A stretch of 64,000 nt of DNA from Vicugna vicugna (lineage: Eukaryota). The stretch is taken from assembly GCA_013265495.1 (NCBI GenBank), contig MU058252.1:374001-438000 (forward strand), written 5' to 3'. A program made the position numbers and the translations under genes. A model generated the notes under the pieces. That model saw nothing but the letters and a program-made list of their open reading frames with translations. It did no database searches and was not told where the DNA came from. Each line of letters begins with the position of its first letter. Positions within the stretch are counted from its first letter, which is position 1. Shown piece by piece: positions 21,318 through 33,110 of the stretch.

Positions 21318-24300
21318 TAACTAGGAGAGTTCTGCTAAGAACTAACCTCCCGGGGAGGGTGGCCAGGCAGTGCTGGGCCTGGGCTCTGCTGGTTCCTCCT
21401 TGCCACCACTGGGGGGCAGCAGAGAGCCGCCTGTCGGCCTCAGCTGCTCTCACTGGTGGTGGTGCTGGAGCTGGGCCACCACCGAGGAGGGTTGGCTTCT
21501 CTGTTCTACCTCCCCTCCTCCCAGGAAAGAGGGAAGGTTCACAGAAGAGTACCCTGAGGAGTACACACTGAAGGACATACTGAGGGCTGGGTTCACTGGC
21601 CCACTCTTACTATTTGAGTCTCTGTTCATTTGTAAAGAGGAAGCTTAGTGGAGGGGCCACATCCCTGTGGAGTCTCTCCTCCTTTCTGAGTCGCTGCCTG
21701 GCAGGGCTGGACTGCCTGGTGTGGGATCCTCCCAGACCTCCCGGTGTGTGTGGGTCCCGTGCTGGGAAAAGACGTTGAGTGATGGAAGGCGTGTTTGTGC
21801 AGAGTTGGTGGTGGCTGGCAGGGCTCTGGAACTGCTAAGCTGGACGAGAGTAGCGTGAGGAGGTGTCTCCCTGGAGCTCAGGCAAGAGGCTGCTAGCTGG
21901 GGTGCCCCTGAGGACAGGGCAGTAGCCTGGTGGTTAGTGTGCTGTGCCCACAGGATGCCGTGTTTGACGCACGTCTTCTTGGGAGCCGTTGTTCTGAGAT
22001 GCCTTGTCTATCGCCAGGAGTCATGGTGTCAGTTTTGGACCACAGAGATTAGTGTGGCCAGAGCACCAGGGGTCGGCCTGGGCAGGGCCCTGCAGTCAGG
22101 TTTGGCCCTTCAGGCTAGGGCTTCTGGAGCCCATGGGCAGTGTGACCAAAATTCTCGTGTTGAGGATGGGGGTTTCTGACCCCGCAGTGAAGGTCTGTTT
22201 AGAATGGAGAGCCCAGGAACTGTTTCAGGGCCCAGCGGATGGAGTGGGGAATGCTGTGATTCCACACCCTCTGTGTCTGCTTCAGCCCTCCTCGGAGATG
22301 TCACTGCGGTGATGTCCAAGGGACTCTAGTTGGGTCACCCCGCCCAGCTTGAGGGGGTACTGGCAGCGGCCAGTCTCCTCCCCCATCACCGTGTGTGTCT
22401 GGGTGCACAGTTGGTCCATAAACCTGTTGCTGGTGTGACCGCATGTCCCTGGGGCTGTTGACTGAGTGTCTCCTCACGGGTCCTTGCCCAGCTGGGTGAT
22501 GTGGATCTGCTCCAGCAGGGGACTGTCACTCCCTGCTTCTGGGCACATGCTTTCTGAGTACACACACGTGCGCACACACACGCAAACATTTAACCAATAA
22601 AAGAAAATGCTTTCTCCCACCCACCCGCCCTGGCTTTGAGATAAGTGTAGTTCCAAACGCCCCCCTTCCTGTCTGGGATCCGGGCTAATTTATCTGTTCC
22701 CTGAGTCCCCCGCCTGGAGGGGAAGGGGAGGGTCTGCAGGGTGGGGGGTGAATCCCTGTAAACTTGCACCTGGGACTTTGGTCTGGCAGGGGGTCAGCCA
22801 GGTCATTTGAGTGTCACAGGCCCCTAAACCGCAGGGACCGTCAGTAGGAGGAATGTGGTCGGGACTGTGAGGTGCTGCCCGGCGGAGACATGCCGAGGCT
22901 GCACGAGGTCACAAGGGCTTGGGTGTGTGCCTGCTGCTGGGACGGCCCATCGGTCCGCTGTCCATTCTCCCAGCCTGGTGGCCATTCCTTGCCACACACC
23001 CCCATCCCTGCTGCCCAGGGCGGGTCTGAAGCCTTCCCGCCCTCCTGTCCCGGTCTCCCCATTCCATTCCTCCCCCTCCCCCCTGCTCCTGCTGGGAGTG
23101 GAGATTGCATTTCAGTTGCCATTTGCATTCCCAATCAATCCGGACTCCGCAATTAAGCCGGCTGGCGGAGCTGGGAGGGAGGCAGTGGCGGGAACAGGTC
23201 CTCTGGGGGCTGTCGCCTCCGCACCGCTCCCATTCCGCCCCAGATTGCTTCCTGCTCTGCCGTGCGCAGCCGCCGGCCAGGGAGGGGAGCAGGAACTCCT
23301 GGAGCTCGCTCTCCCTCCTTGGAGCACCGGATGCGGATGCGAGGGGGGTGGCGGCGCGAGGTGGGCGGGGCCAGGCAGGTGAGCGGGAATGTGGGCACAA
23401 GTCGAGTCCCCAGCCAGCTGTGCCCACTCCTCTCCACTGCCCGGGCCCTCCTCCCACGCCCCTGCTAAGGAGCATCATTACCACTGTCCGCGGAGGCTGG
23501 GCCCAGGTGAAGGAGGGGAAAGAGCTCTGTGTAGAGAGGGGCTTCCCTCCCTTGGCCTCCTCAGTGTCCTGACTCCCTGCTTGGAGTCCAGGAGTCCGCT
23601 CTCCCCATCCACCAGGCAGTTCCACAGCTCTGATGTTCAGGGTTAGTTTGTGGCAGAAGGACAGCAGAGACTCGCTCCCCTTTCCCTGGACTGGGAGCCG
23701 GGGCTGGACCAGGAGGAAACATGGTGAAGATGGAGGGACAGAGGAGGGGGAGAGGGCTCAGGTTTGAAGGGTTTGAGAACTGAGGCCAATGTGGGAGAGG
23801 AGGGAGTGAGACGGGGCGCAGGTGAGCCAGCCGCTGAAGCCCCGCAGCCCTTCCTGAGAGGGAGCCGATGGGCTGGGCACTGCCTTCTCCAGAGTCTGGC
23901 CCTCAGCCCTCAGGGTCCTGTCCGCAGTCAGGGCAGGGGGAGTGGCTGAACTGTTCCCTGGCTCCTGGCCCAGGAGGGGTGGATGCCATGCCCAGAGGCA
24001 AATCACCAAGGCTCCTTCACTGGATCAAGAGCCCAGTTGCCTCCTGGAATGTTCCAGCCACCCTGTTACCTAGTGAAGGTCCCACTCACACCACTTGTCT
24101 TCAGAAGGTCCTCGTTAGGATGTGGGGGGACCAGGTAGCAGCAGTGTCCTCAGATGGTGGCCAACTCCAGACCCGCGTGGCCTCACCTCCCACAGCTGCG
24201 TCTGTTTTTGGGAGCTGGAGGAGGAGGATAAGGGAAGGAAGAGGGTAGCAAGGATGTGAAACATCTGTTGAAAAGTGGGACTGGAGTTTAGGGCTCTTTC

Positions 24301-25588
24301 TTGCCTCCACGTTGGTCCCTGTTGTTGCAGGGAGAGAGCAGGCAGTAATCCCAAACCACCTGTTGGCTAAGCGCATCCCTACAGGGTTGGGCTTCTGGTA
24401 GGAAGCCCTTAGAGGGGAGGGTGTCATGGAGTCCGGGTGTGCCCCCCACCCTCTCTCACGCTCAGTCTCTTGACTCCCATTTCCAGCTTGTCTGAGGGCA
24501 GGCCCTTCCCCTCCCAAAGGAGAGGCCGGCCCAGGGGCTCCTGCTTTGTGACTCACTGGGGTGGGCTCAGCATGTGCCCCGCTCTCACCGTGCCAGGGCT
24601 GTCCTAGCTTGAGGCCCTCCCCCTGGGAGTTTTGTCTAGGAGTCTTTGGGGAGCAGTGCCTCTTAGCCCTCCTGAGTTTGGAAAGGGGACGAAGAGGGGT
24701 GAGCTGGTCCCAGGGAACCTGCCACCTGTGCATGTCCGTGGCACTCCCCTGTGTCCTGGCCTGACCCCAGCTCTGTCCTCTGCTGTCTGCTGTTTCAGGG
24801 CCAGAGCTGGTGGGGTAAGGGCCATCGGGGGTGTCACCGGGGGAAGGCAGCGGAGGCTGTTCTTGGGTGTGGACGATAGCATCTCTTTTGAGGTGGGGTC
24901 CCCCTACTTTTCAGCACCTCCCCACGGCCTCGGCTGGCTCCGCCTGCCCACCCTGAGTGTCTTCCTGAGTGTCTGCTGCGTTGCGGGCATTGCCGCAGCG
25001 CTGAGAGCGTGTCGATGAACCAGACACCGAAACCCTCGCTCTCCAGGAGCTCTCGTTCATCCTAACACCTGTCTAACCTCCACAGTCAGCGTCTCAGCAG
25101 CTCACACGGGACATTTGGTTGCTGGGCTCTGGGGCTGGGCAGTCTTCCCACCACCTGCCTTGAGGGGAGGCTGGGGCGCCCTGAGGACGCTCAGCAGCTT
25201 TGCTGCTCCGCCCTGGGGCTGCCACAGCTGGTAGGAGGCCAGGGCCTTCCTGAGGTCTCCCCTTATCCCTGGAGACCGCAGGTGGGAGCATCACTGCCGG
25301 GAGCCCATCTAACCTCCTGCCTCCCGTTGCTGACAAGGCTCCACAACCTGGGGGAGAGGAGCCCCCCAACAGGTGGGCCCCAGGCTGTTCCTGAGGACGG
25401 TCAGGGCAGCCGAGTTCCGTGGACGCATTCGTCCGGTTGGCTCTCCCTGGTTCAGCTTTAGTCCTGTCCGGCCTTTCCATGCCGACAAGCACAGTGATCC
25501 AGGAGGACCGGATGGAGGACACTGTCACCTGATGACACTGAGTCCTCCCCCTGTGCCTGTGACATGCAGGCCTGGCGCCTGTCTCTGA

Positions 25589-25726
<138 letters not shown>

Positions 25727-28700
25727 TGAGCCTGTGGTGGGCTGGGCAGAGGGGGCGGGACAGCACGACAGGTGCTGACTCCAGGGCCAGAGGGAGGCAG
25801 ACCTTAGCTCAGAGGGACCCTCCTTTGAGAAAGAGCTGCACTTTGGTGACTTGGGAGACCCTGGCTCGGGCTGACCGCTCGCACTGATGCTCTGCATCCT
25901 GCTGAGCCCTTTGGAGCAAGCTGGACCCCGGGGGTGGTCACCCCTGGGCTGGCCTGTGTGCCAAGTCAGGCTCTGTACCCTACGTGCCAGTGATGTGATA
26001 TGAAGAGCTAGGTTGGGCCCCTGTACCTGGAATCGCTCCATTTGGGGGTGCCAGTGTTGCCAACAGTTGTCTCTAGGGGAGCCACCCCACAGGGGTACCC
26101 CTGGGCTCCTGGGATGATGGTGAGTCAGAGGGCAGTTTAAGCCAGGGCTGCTGGGGGTGGCTTGGGGTCTTGGACAGGCCCCCTTGGGAAGAGGAACATG
26201 AGGGCAGAGGGGTCTGGAGGAGGGTGGCCCGTGCCAGGGTAGGGGTGGGGTGTGGTGACTCCGGAGTGGCCCCCGTGGCAGCTCCCCCCTCTTCCCTCCC
26301 CTCCCCTCCCTGCGTGGCTCCAGCACACAGCTGTCACCAGAATCCATCTCTGTCACCACCCCACTGTGGGGCTAATGAGTTCTCCTGAGAAGCCCCTCAA
26401 GCACAGCGCGCGGGCCGGCCCCACCCCCAGCCCGGAGGCCCAGGGCCTGCCTCGGAGGGTCCCTCGCCTGCCTTTCAATCTGTACAAGGTGTCAGGGAGG
26501 CCGCCCAGAGGTGCTTGGTCCACAGTGTCTGTCATAGCCCAGGGCTGCTGAGAAAGCCCACAGGCCTGGCCTGGAAGAGCCAGTGAGCAGTCTGTTTCCA
26601 GTCTGGCCGGAGCCCAGCCTGGCCCTCCTGGGGCTCCCCAGACCTGACTCCTCTGGGACACTGCTGGTTAGACCTTCCTTCCTGGTGTCCCTTAGCACAA
26701 GGGTGGGAGCTGGTGCCGGGATACCAGTGGGTGGGGCGAGGGGCCACAGCCAGGGCACCTTGGGTATTTAGTAGAGGCTCCTGGGTGCCTCCTGCTCGCA
26801 CTGGTCCTGCTGCTGAGTCCATGAGAGGCGAGAGGCAGCGCAGCTTCCCAGAAGAGCACTGGCCCCGAGGCATGAGGGTCTCGGGAAGTAAGGAGCGTCC
26901 TCCAGTGCAGAGCCTCCTCACCACAGAGAGTGCTTCCCAGCAGAGAGGCTCTGCAGCTGAGAGCCCGCTGGCGCCTCCCTGCCCCCAGCGCCCACAGCCC
27001 AGGCAGGACACCCGTGTCACTGTTCAGGCAACTGCCGGCCTGGCGAGCTGGGGACTGGCCTGTCTGGGGCCTCTGTTTCCCCACCCGCTTGCCGGTGGCC
27101 TCAGCCCTCCTTCTCTGCTGTATCTTTACCTGTTCCTCCTGCTTTGCGCTGCCCTGGCTGGTCCCATGCCCCAGAGAGAGGAGGAGAGTGATGGTAGCGG
27201 GGTCTTGGGACAGGGAGGAGAGTGCCGGGTGTGGCACTTGGTTTTGGTTTAGGAAGGGAAGATCAAGGCCTGTGGGGATGCTGTTGCTACACACAACTTA
27301 AACTGGAGAGCAGAGGCTCAGTGCGGTTTGTCAGATCACCAGTCACCCAGCCAATGGCTGAGGTGAAACTTGGCCCGTGACATTGACTCTAAGCATGACC
27401 TGGGTTTTTCTGCACGTGCCGAGAGCACCTCCCTCCTGGGCTGGCTGAGAAAGTCGCTGGAGAGTTAGCGTCAGGGCGGGTAAGGTGGGAGGGAGCATGC
27501 TTGGCCCTGCTGGGTGGCTGAGCTCCCCTCATCCCTTCCCTCCTCGCCCTTGTGAACTGTGTGTGGCTTAAGTGCGCCCAGGGCCTAGGACAGGATCTGG
27601 GCGGCAGGGGCTTCCAGGCCTGTCCTTGCTTTCTTGCAAGGTAAGTCTAGGAGGCCAGTGGCTCTGCCAGCCCCTGCCAGGCCCCTCTTGCTCTCCCGGC
27701 CACAGGACGTGGTGAGGAGGTGGAGTGAACGGCTCCTGTGGGTGTGGCTGCCCCGTCTACAGGCCCCTCATCGTCCGTCCTCCGGCTCCGGAGTCCTTCC
27801 CCGACTCCCCCCACGCTGGGTGGCCAGGTGCCAGGAGCTCATGCAGATGGCAGCCTGCCTCCTGCCCTGTAGACGTTTCTCTGCTCGTTCAGGAGACATG
27901 AATCAGATTGGAAACTGGCTGCAGGGAAGGTACGAGTGAAGCCAGGCCGAGGATCTCTCCGGGCGGCCGTGAACAGGGCTCTGAGCTCCCTCCAGGCCAA
28001 GGCTGCCTCCCTCCCTCCTGCCGCCGCCACCCCCGGGGCCGCACTCACACTCGAGGTCCTGCCCAGCTGCTTCCATCTTCTGTCTGCCGTGCTTTCCAAC
28101 CCAATCAAGCTTCCTAGTTGGCTGGCAGTGAGCGGGGACCCTCCCTCCCCGAGAGCCACTGGGCTTCCCTAGGAGGCTCCCCCCTGTCAGGGGGCCGGCG
28201 GAGGAGGGTAGCTCCGGAGGCACACAGAACCCGGCTCCTCCCAGGACGGCTCTGGCTGAGACCTGAGGGCAGCGGTGCTGGTGACTCACTGGCTGATGGA
28301 GCCCGGTCGGGCTGGCGGGACTGGACGGGCGTGCAGAGGAAGGGCTGGCGGGCAGGTCTCAAGCCTCACACCCAATCCTTGCCTGGCCCGAGAGAGCCCG
28401 CCACAGCCTCCCCCATTTTGCAGCCAGCGGAGCCATTCACACAATCACCTTCTGTTAATTCTATCTGCAACATCAATTAAATTGTTTGTAGAAACTAATT
28501 GAATGTGGCTTAATCACACATCTTAATAGCTTTCCACGCTCTGAACTCGTTGTTAATTCCAGTAATAAAACGAGATGAGAACGCTGGCTGGGTAATTAGC
28601 GAGGAGGCTGGGGAAGAAATTGCTGTTTGATGGTGGGTAATAAAGGCAGCCGTGGTGACCGCTCTCCTGCGCCGCCACCACCACCGCCGAGCTCCCCGTT

Positions 28701-30427
28701 CTGCTGACGGAGGGAAACGCTGTTGCTCTGCCCCTGACGTCCCTGTCCCTTCTGCCGCTGCTACTTGAGCTCCTCACCACAGTGTCCTCGGGGCCAGGCT
28801 CCACCTCCCAGCTGAGCCCTGGAGCCGGCCCAGCCCAGGGCGCGGGCCGAGAGCCCTGGGTGCTGGCCTGCTGCCGCCTGAGGGCCTGTCCGGGGCGGTC
28901 AGAGGGGCTGAGGGGGCTGCTCCTTTCCCTTGACGTTGGTTTCTGGCTCCTTGGCCCTGATCAGAGTTCCTCTGGGCAGTTCTTCTCCTTGGCCCAGGGT
29001 CAGCTGCTCCACCCCGTGACGCAGCCTGGGCGTCCCAGGGCTGCAGTGGGGCCTGAAAACTGTTGCAGCTGCTGTGACCTCCTTGTGAACTAGAGCAGCC
29101 CAGGCCCCTCCCTGAGGAAAGGGACTGCAGCTGTGCCTTCGGCCCGGCCAGCTGTTGACAGTTGTCTGGAGCAGCCAATCCAAGATGTGATCATGTGCAG
29201 GGACCATGGATGGGTTTGTGCAGAAGCCGAGTCGGTGGGATGCTGGGGCCTGGGGTGAGGAGGGCCACGACATTGGAGACACACAGTGGGTGCTGGGCTG
29301 AAAGTGAGACGGGGCCAGCAGCAGCAACTGGGCAGGTGGGCTGAGTTCGCTATAGGAGAGCCGGATAGAGGGGCCCTGGGGGCGGGAAAGGGGCTCAGAG
29401 TGGGCACGGAGCTCTGGCGGTGCTCAGCAGTCGGGGTGAGAGGTGTCGGAGGGGTCCTCCCGTGGCTGGAGCCTGTGCTCGCTGACTTCTCAGGGATGTC
29501 ATTTCGTGGTTCTGAGACGTGGGGCAAACTCCCTTGGAACCCGATGTGCCTGCGGCCAGGCACCTGGCACCGCCCCTCACGCAGGATGACATGATGGCAG
29601 CAGGGTGGGGACGCAGCCCAAAGCTGCAGGGCAGGCTAGGCCCTTCCGGTCCTTCGGAAAGGCCATCTGCCTATGAAGGTGTCAGCGCCGCTTGGAGAAT
29701 AAAGGGTGACACCAGGCCTCCCCAGAGCCAGGTTGGCTGGTGAGGCCAGCGTGTTAGCATCAGTGGAGCCCCTTCCTCCCCACAGTCCTCCCGCTGGTCC
29801 TCCCACTGGCCCCCTGATGGCCCATCCCACAGTGAATTCCAGCCTAAGGACAGAAGTGCAGGAGGGGCCGGTGCCCTGTTTCCTTGTTCTTGTTCTTCCT
29901 AACTGGAAGTGCCCGCATTCTCTTGGCTCCTTAGGGCCAGGGACCCCTTTCTACTTGATGTCATCTTGGTCATTCACAGAGTGAGGGGCAGCCCCTGAGC
30001 CCCTGGTGAGCCCACCCTGTCCCTCCTTCCCCAACGGCAGCACTTCACAGTGGACGTTGTCCCTTTTCCCTGACGCTAAGAGGTGAGAAGCTAGGAGAAC
30101 GCCTGGGTGACCAGAAGCCTGATGCCCCAGGTGGGTAGGGTGAGGGCCGGGGCCTGTGAGGGCATGAAGTCTGCGTCTGAAGTGGTGCCGCTCAGGGAAG
30201 CTCTCTGGATGCAAAACATCCCAGAGGTGCTCCTGAGGGAGAGGAGCCAGTCCTGAGCCTAATCAGTGGAATTCCGTCCAAAGTTAAGTTGGCACCACCT
30301 GCCCAGCTTCTGCTCTTGGGAAGGGGTTTTTGCCACATCTTATCAGGGATGTTAGCTGGGAACTGCCAAGGAGCGCTCTGGTGCCAGGGCCACAGAAACA
30401 GGTCAGCGGTCTGGAAGGAGAAATCAG

Positions 30428-30567
30428 GGGGTAGGGTGTAGCTCAGAGTGGTAGAGCGCATGCTTAGCATGCAGGAGGTCTTGGGTTTAAGTCCCCAGTA
30501 CCTCCTCGTAAAAACAAAAAGTAAATAAATAAACCTGATTACCTCCCTCCCCTCCCCCTAACCAAAA
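30428..30567 (+). mobile_element. tRNA-Ala-derived SINE (camelid-type) with perfect 13-bp TSD
   Basis: gtagctcagagtggtagagcgcatgcttagcatgc...ccccagtacctcc + A-rich tail; TSD aaggagaaatcag at 30415-30427 and 30568-30580. Confidence 0.85.
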
Positions 30568-30784
30568 AAGGAGAAATCAGAAGCAGCCCGGAAAGCTGGG
30601 GCCCAGGCGGGGTGGGGTTTAAAACAGGAAGCCAGAGAGTGGGGCGGGACTCTGCTCTGCACCCCCCTCCCCCAGCTGCCACTCCCCAGGGAGTCGTGGG
30701 GGGGTGCCAGGCCAAGGCCTCAACAGAGAGAGTGGTGGGGATCCAAGCACCCACCGGCCTTCACTCTCTGGGAACCTCCCCAGA

Positions 30785-30965
30785 GACCTTGTGTGACCTT
30801 GGGCAGATTTGTAAGCCTCAGTCATCTGTAACGGGAATAGAGTAACACCGTCCCCAGTCATTGTGAAGACCTGGGAGGTAATACCTGAGATACACAGGGA
30901 ACGTACAGCTGTGGGCCAGTGCCTGGCACATGAACGGACTGGTGATGCTGGTAGTGGTTGTCATT
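30785..30965 (+). mobile_element. MIR SINE
   Basis: tgtgtgaccttgggcaga...gcctcagtcatctgtaa...cagtgcctggcacat. Confidence 0.6.
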
Positions 30966-31543
30966 ACTGCTGGTAGGACGGCCGCTGGTGTCTGGCTCAG
31001 TATCCCTAAGTGCAGCAGGAAGAATCGGAGGCTCCCCTCTAAATGTTCAACAAGTGTCTATTGTTGAGGACTGCTCGAGGCTTTAAAAGCTCTCGAAGCC
31101 CCAAGTGGTGGTGGGAGCTTCTGCAAACAGGGCTGAGGTCCTTGGTGACCAGTCACCCAGAGTGTGGGGCAACCCGGTCGTCCACTTGCCACGGAGTCTG
31201 TCCGTTCCTCTCTTTGGCCGTACAGGCCCTCTCCCTAAATCTCATCTCAGTTCACCACTTGGGTCTCCTTTGCATCGCCTCCAGAGCCATCTTCCCAAAA
31301 GGAGCCCCGGGCCTCCAGACCCTCTGCTGCCCCTGCCCGGCTCCTAGCTGAGCTCCACACCCGCCCCTGCCCAGAGCTGCATTCGGCCAGACTTGGAAGT
31401 GTGCTGGGCTTCCCCATCTCCCTCGCACCCAGCAGCATGGCGGGAGAGACCTAGGAGTTGGGAGGGTCGGTACCAGAGACAGGGCGCTGCCTTCAAGGGG
31501 CCTGTCCTGATGAATCTTGTCTGTCTTGTCCACCTGGCCTTAG

Positions 31544-31712
31544 GATTACATGCAGAACATCCATGGCAAGGAGATTGACCTGCTGCGGACGACAGTCAAA
31601 GTGCCAGGGAAGCGCCTGCCTCGAGCCACGCCGACTACAGCCCCAGGCACCAGCCCCCGGGCCAACGGGCTGGCCTTGGAGCGGAGCAGCACGCAGCTGG
31701 GTGGGGGCCCAG
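31544..31712 (+). CDS. AGAP3: AGAP3 exon 11
   Basis: cttag|GAT ... CCAG|gtgagg; [56 protein letters not shown]. Confidence 0.95.
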
Positions 31713-32924
31713 GTGAGGTGGCTGCCAATGGCGGGGTGCATGGTGAGCTGGCAGAGGGGGCTATGCTGGGAAAGGGGCGCATGGCAGGGCTGTACTTCTT
31801 CTCAGCCTGGGTCTCAGGTACACTCACCACCCCGTGTCAGGCTCCAGGATCAGCTCAGCCAAACACATTTGCCAGAATGCTGCCCTAGGGTAGTTAGTAG
31901 AGGTACCAGCCAGTGTACAGCCTGGCAGGTGGCTCGGAGATCAGAACGGGGACAGGGAGATGTGTGCTGACAGGTGGCATCAGTGGTCCAGGGACCATCT
32001 CTCCTGCATATCTGGAGCGAGGGCAGATGGTGAGGACAGGACCTCTGGCACCCAGGGCCGAATCCCAGCCACATGTGTGGGAGGAAGGCAGAAGAGAATG
32101 GAGCTGCCTGGGGTCAACCTGATAGTTGTTCTTGGGGGCAACAGTGGGGGCGGAGGATGGCCTTGGCTCAGAGAAGACAGTTCAGAGAGAGCTGGAGGCC
32201 AAGCAGGCTCTGCCTCGTGTCCAGCGGTCGGGAGAGGAGAGGCTGAGCTTCAGGTGGGGCAGCCTTTCCTTGGCCAGGTCTTACCTTTCTGGACGACACT
32301 GTGGGTTCAGGTGAAGGACGCTGAACTTCTCCCAGGCCCGGCTCCGCCCACCTCTCTAGGCCTTTCTGGCTCCTAAGCCATGTTGCTTTTTGGGGGAGGG
32401 GTGGGGAGTCTTTTCCTCCCACACTCAGTCCCCCTCATCCAGATCTGCCTTGGCTTCTGGGACCCTTCATCCCAAGACCTCAGTGTCCCTGATGTTGTCC
32501 TAGATCATTTGGTCTCATGTTCCTCGGGCCCAGAAACAGCTGCTGAGACGGTGCCCCACCCCAGCGGTCGGCTCTCGGCACAGGGGCCGCCTTCCCCGGG
32601 GGCTTGTGAAGGTGCGGGGCTGTTTCTGCGTGTCACAGTGATGGGAGGCTGCTGTGGCATTCAGTGGATGGGGAAGCAGGGTACTCAGACCCTGGAATGG
32701 GTGGGACACACCCTGAAGAATCGCCCCACTCGGAGTTCTGACAGGGCTGCACTGAGAAACTCCGGGTCACAGCGGGGTTGGCAGGACGGTGGCCTCCTGA
32801 GGGTGCGCCTTGTTTGCAGTGAGGGCTGTGAGCACCAGCCGCCCCGCCCTACCCTGCGTCCACCACTGCCTCCCAGTCTGGGGGCGCCCTGACCTGACGG
32901 AGGGGCTGGGTGCTGTGGAGCTGC

Positions 32925-33110
32925 CCTGTGTCAGGCCCCGGGCTCATAACTCTAGGAAGTTGAGATTGTCGTCCCCATCTTATGGATGAGGAAACGGAGG
33001 TTCCGAGAGGTTAAATAGCTTGTCTGTAAAGTCCCACAGGAAGTGGCGGAGCTGGGTTTGAACCTCAGTCTGCCTGATTTGAAAAGCTGCATTCTGTCTT
33101 CTAAGCCACT
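32925..33110 (-). mobile_element. MIR SINE
   Basis: ccccatcttatggatgaggaaacggagg...gagaggttaaatagcttg...gagctgggtttgaacctcagtctg. Confidence 0.75.
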
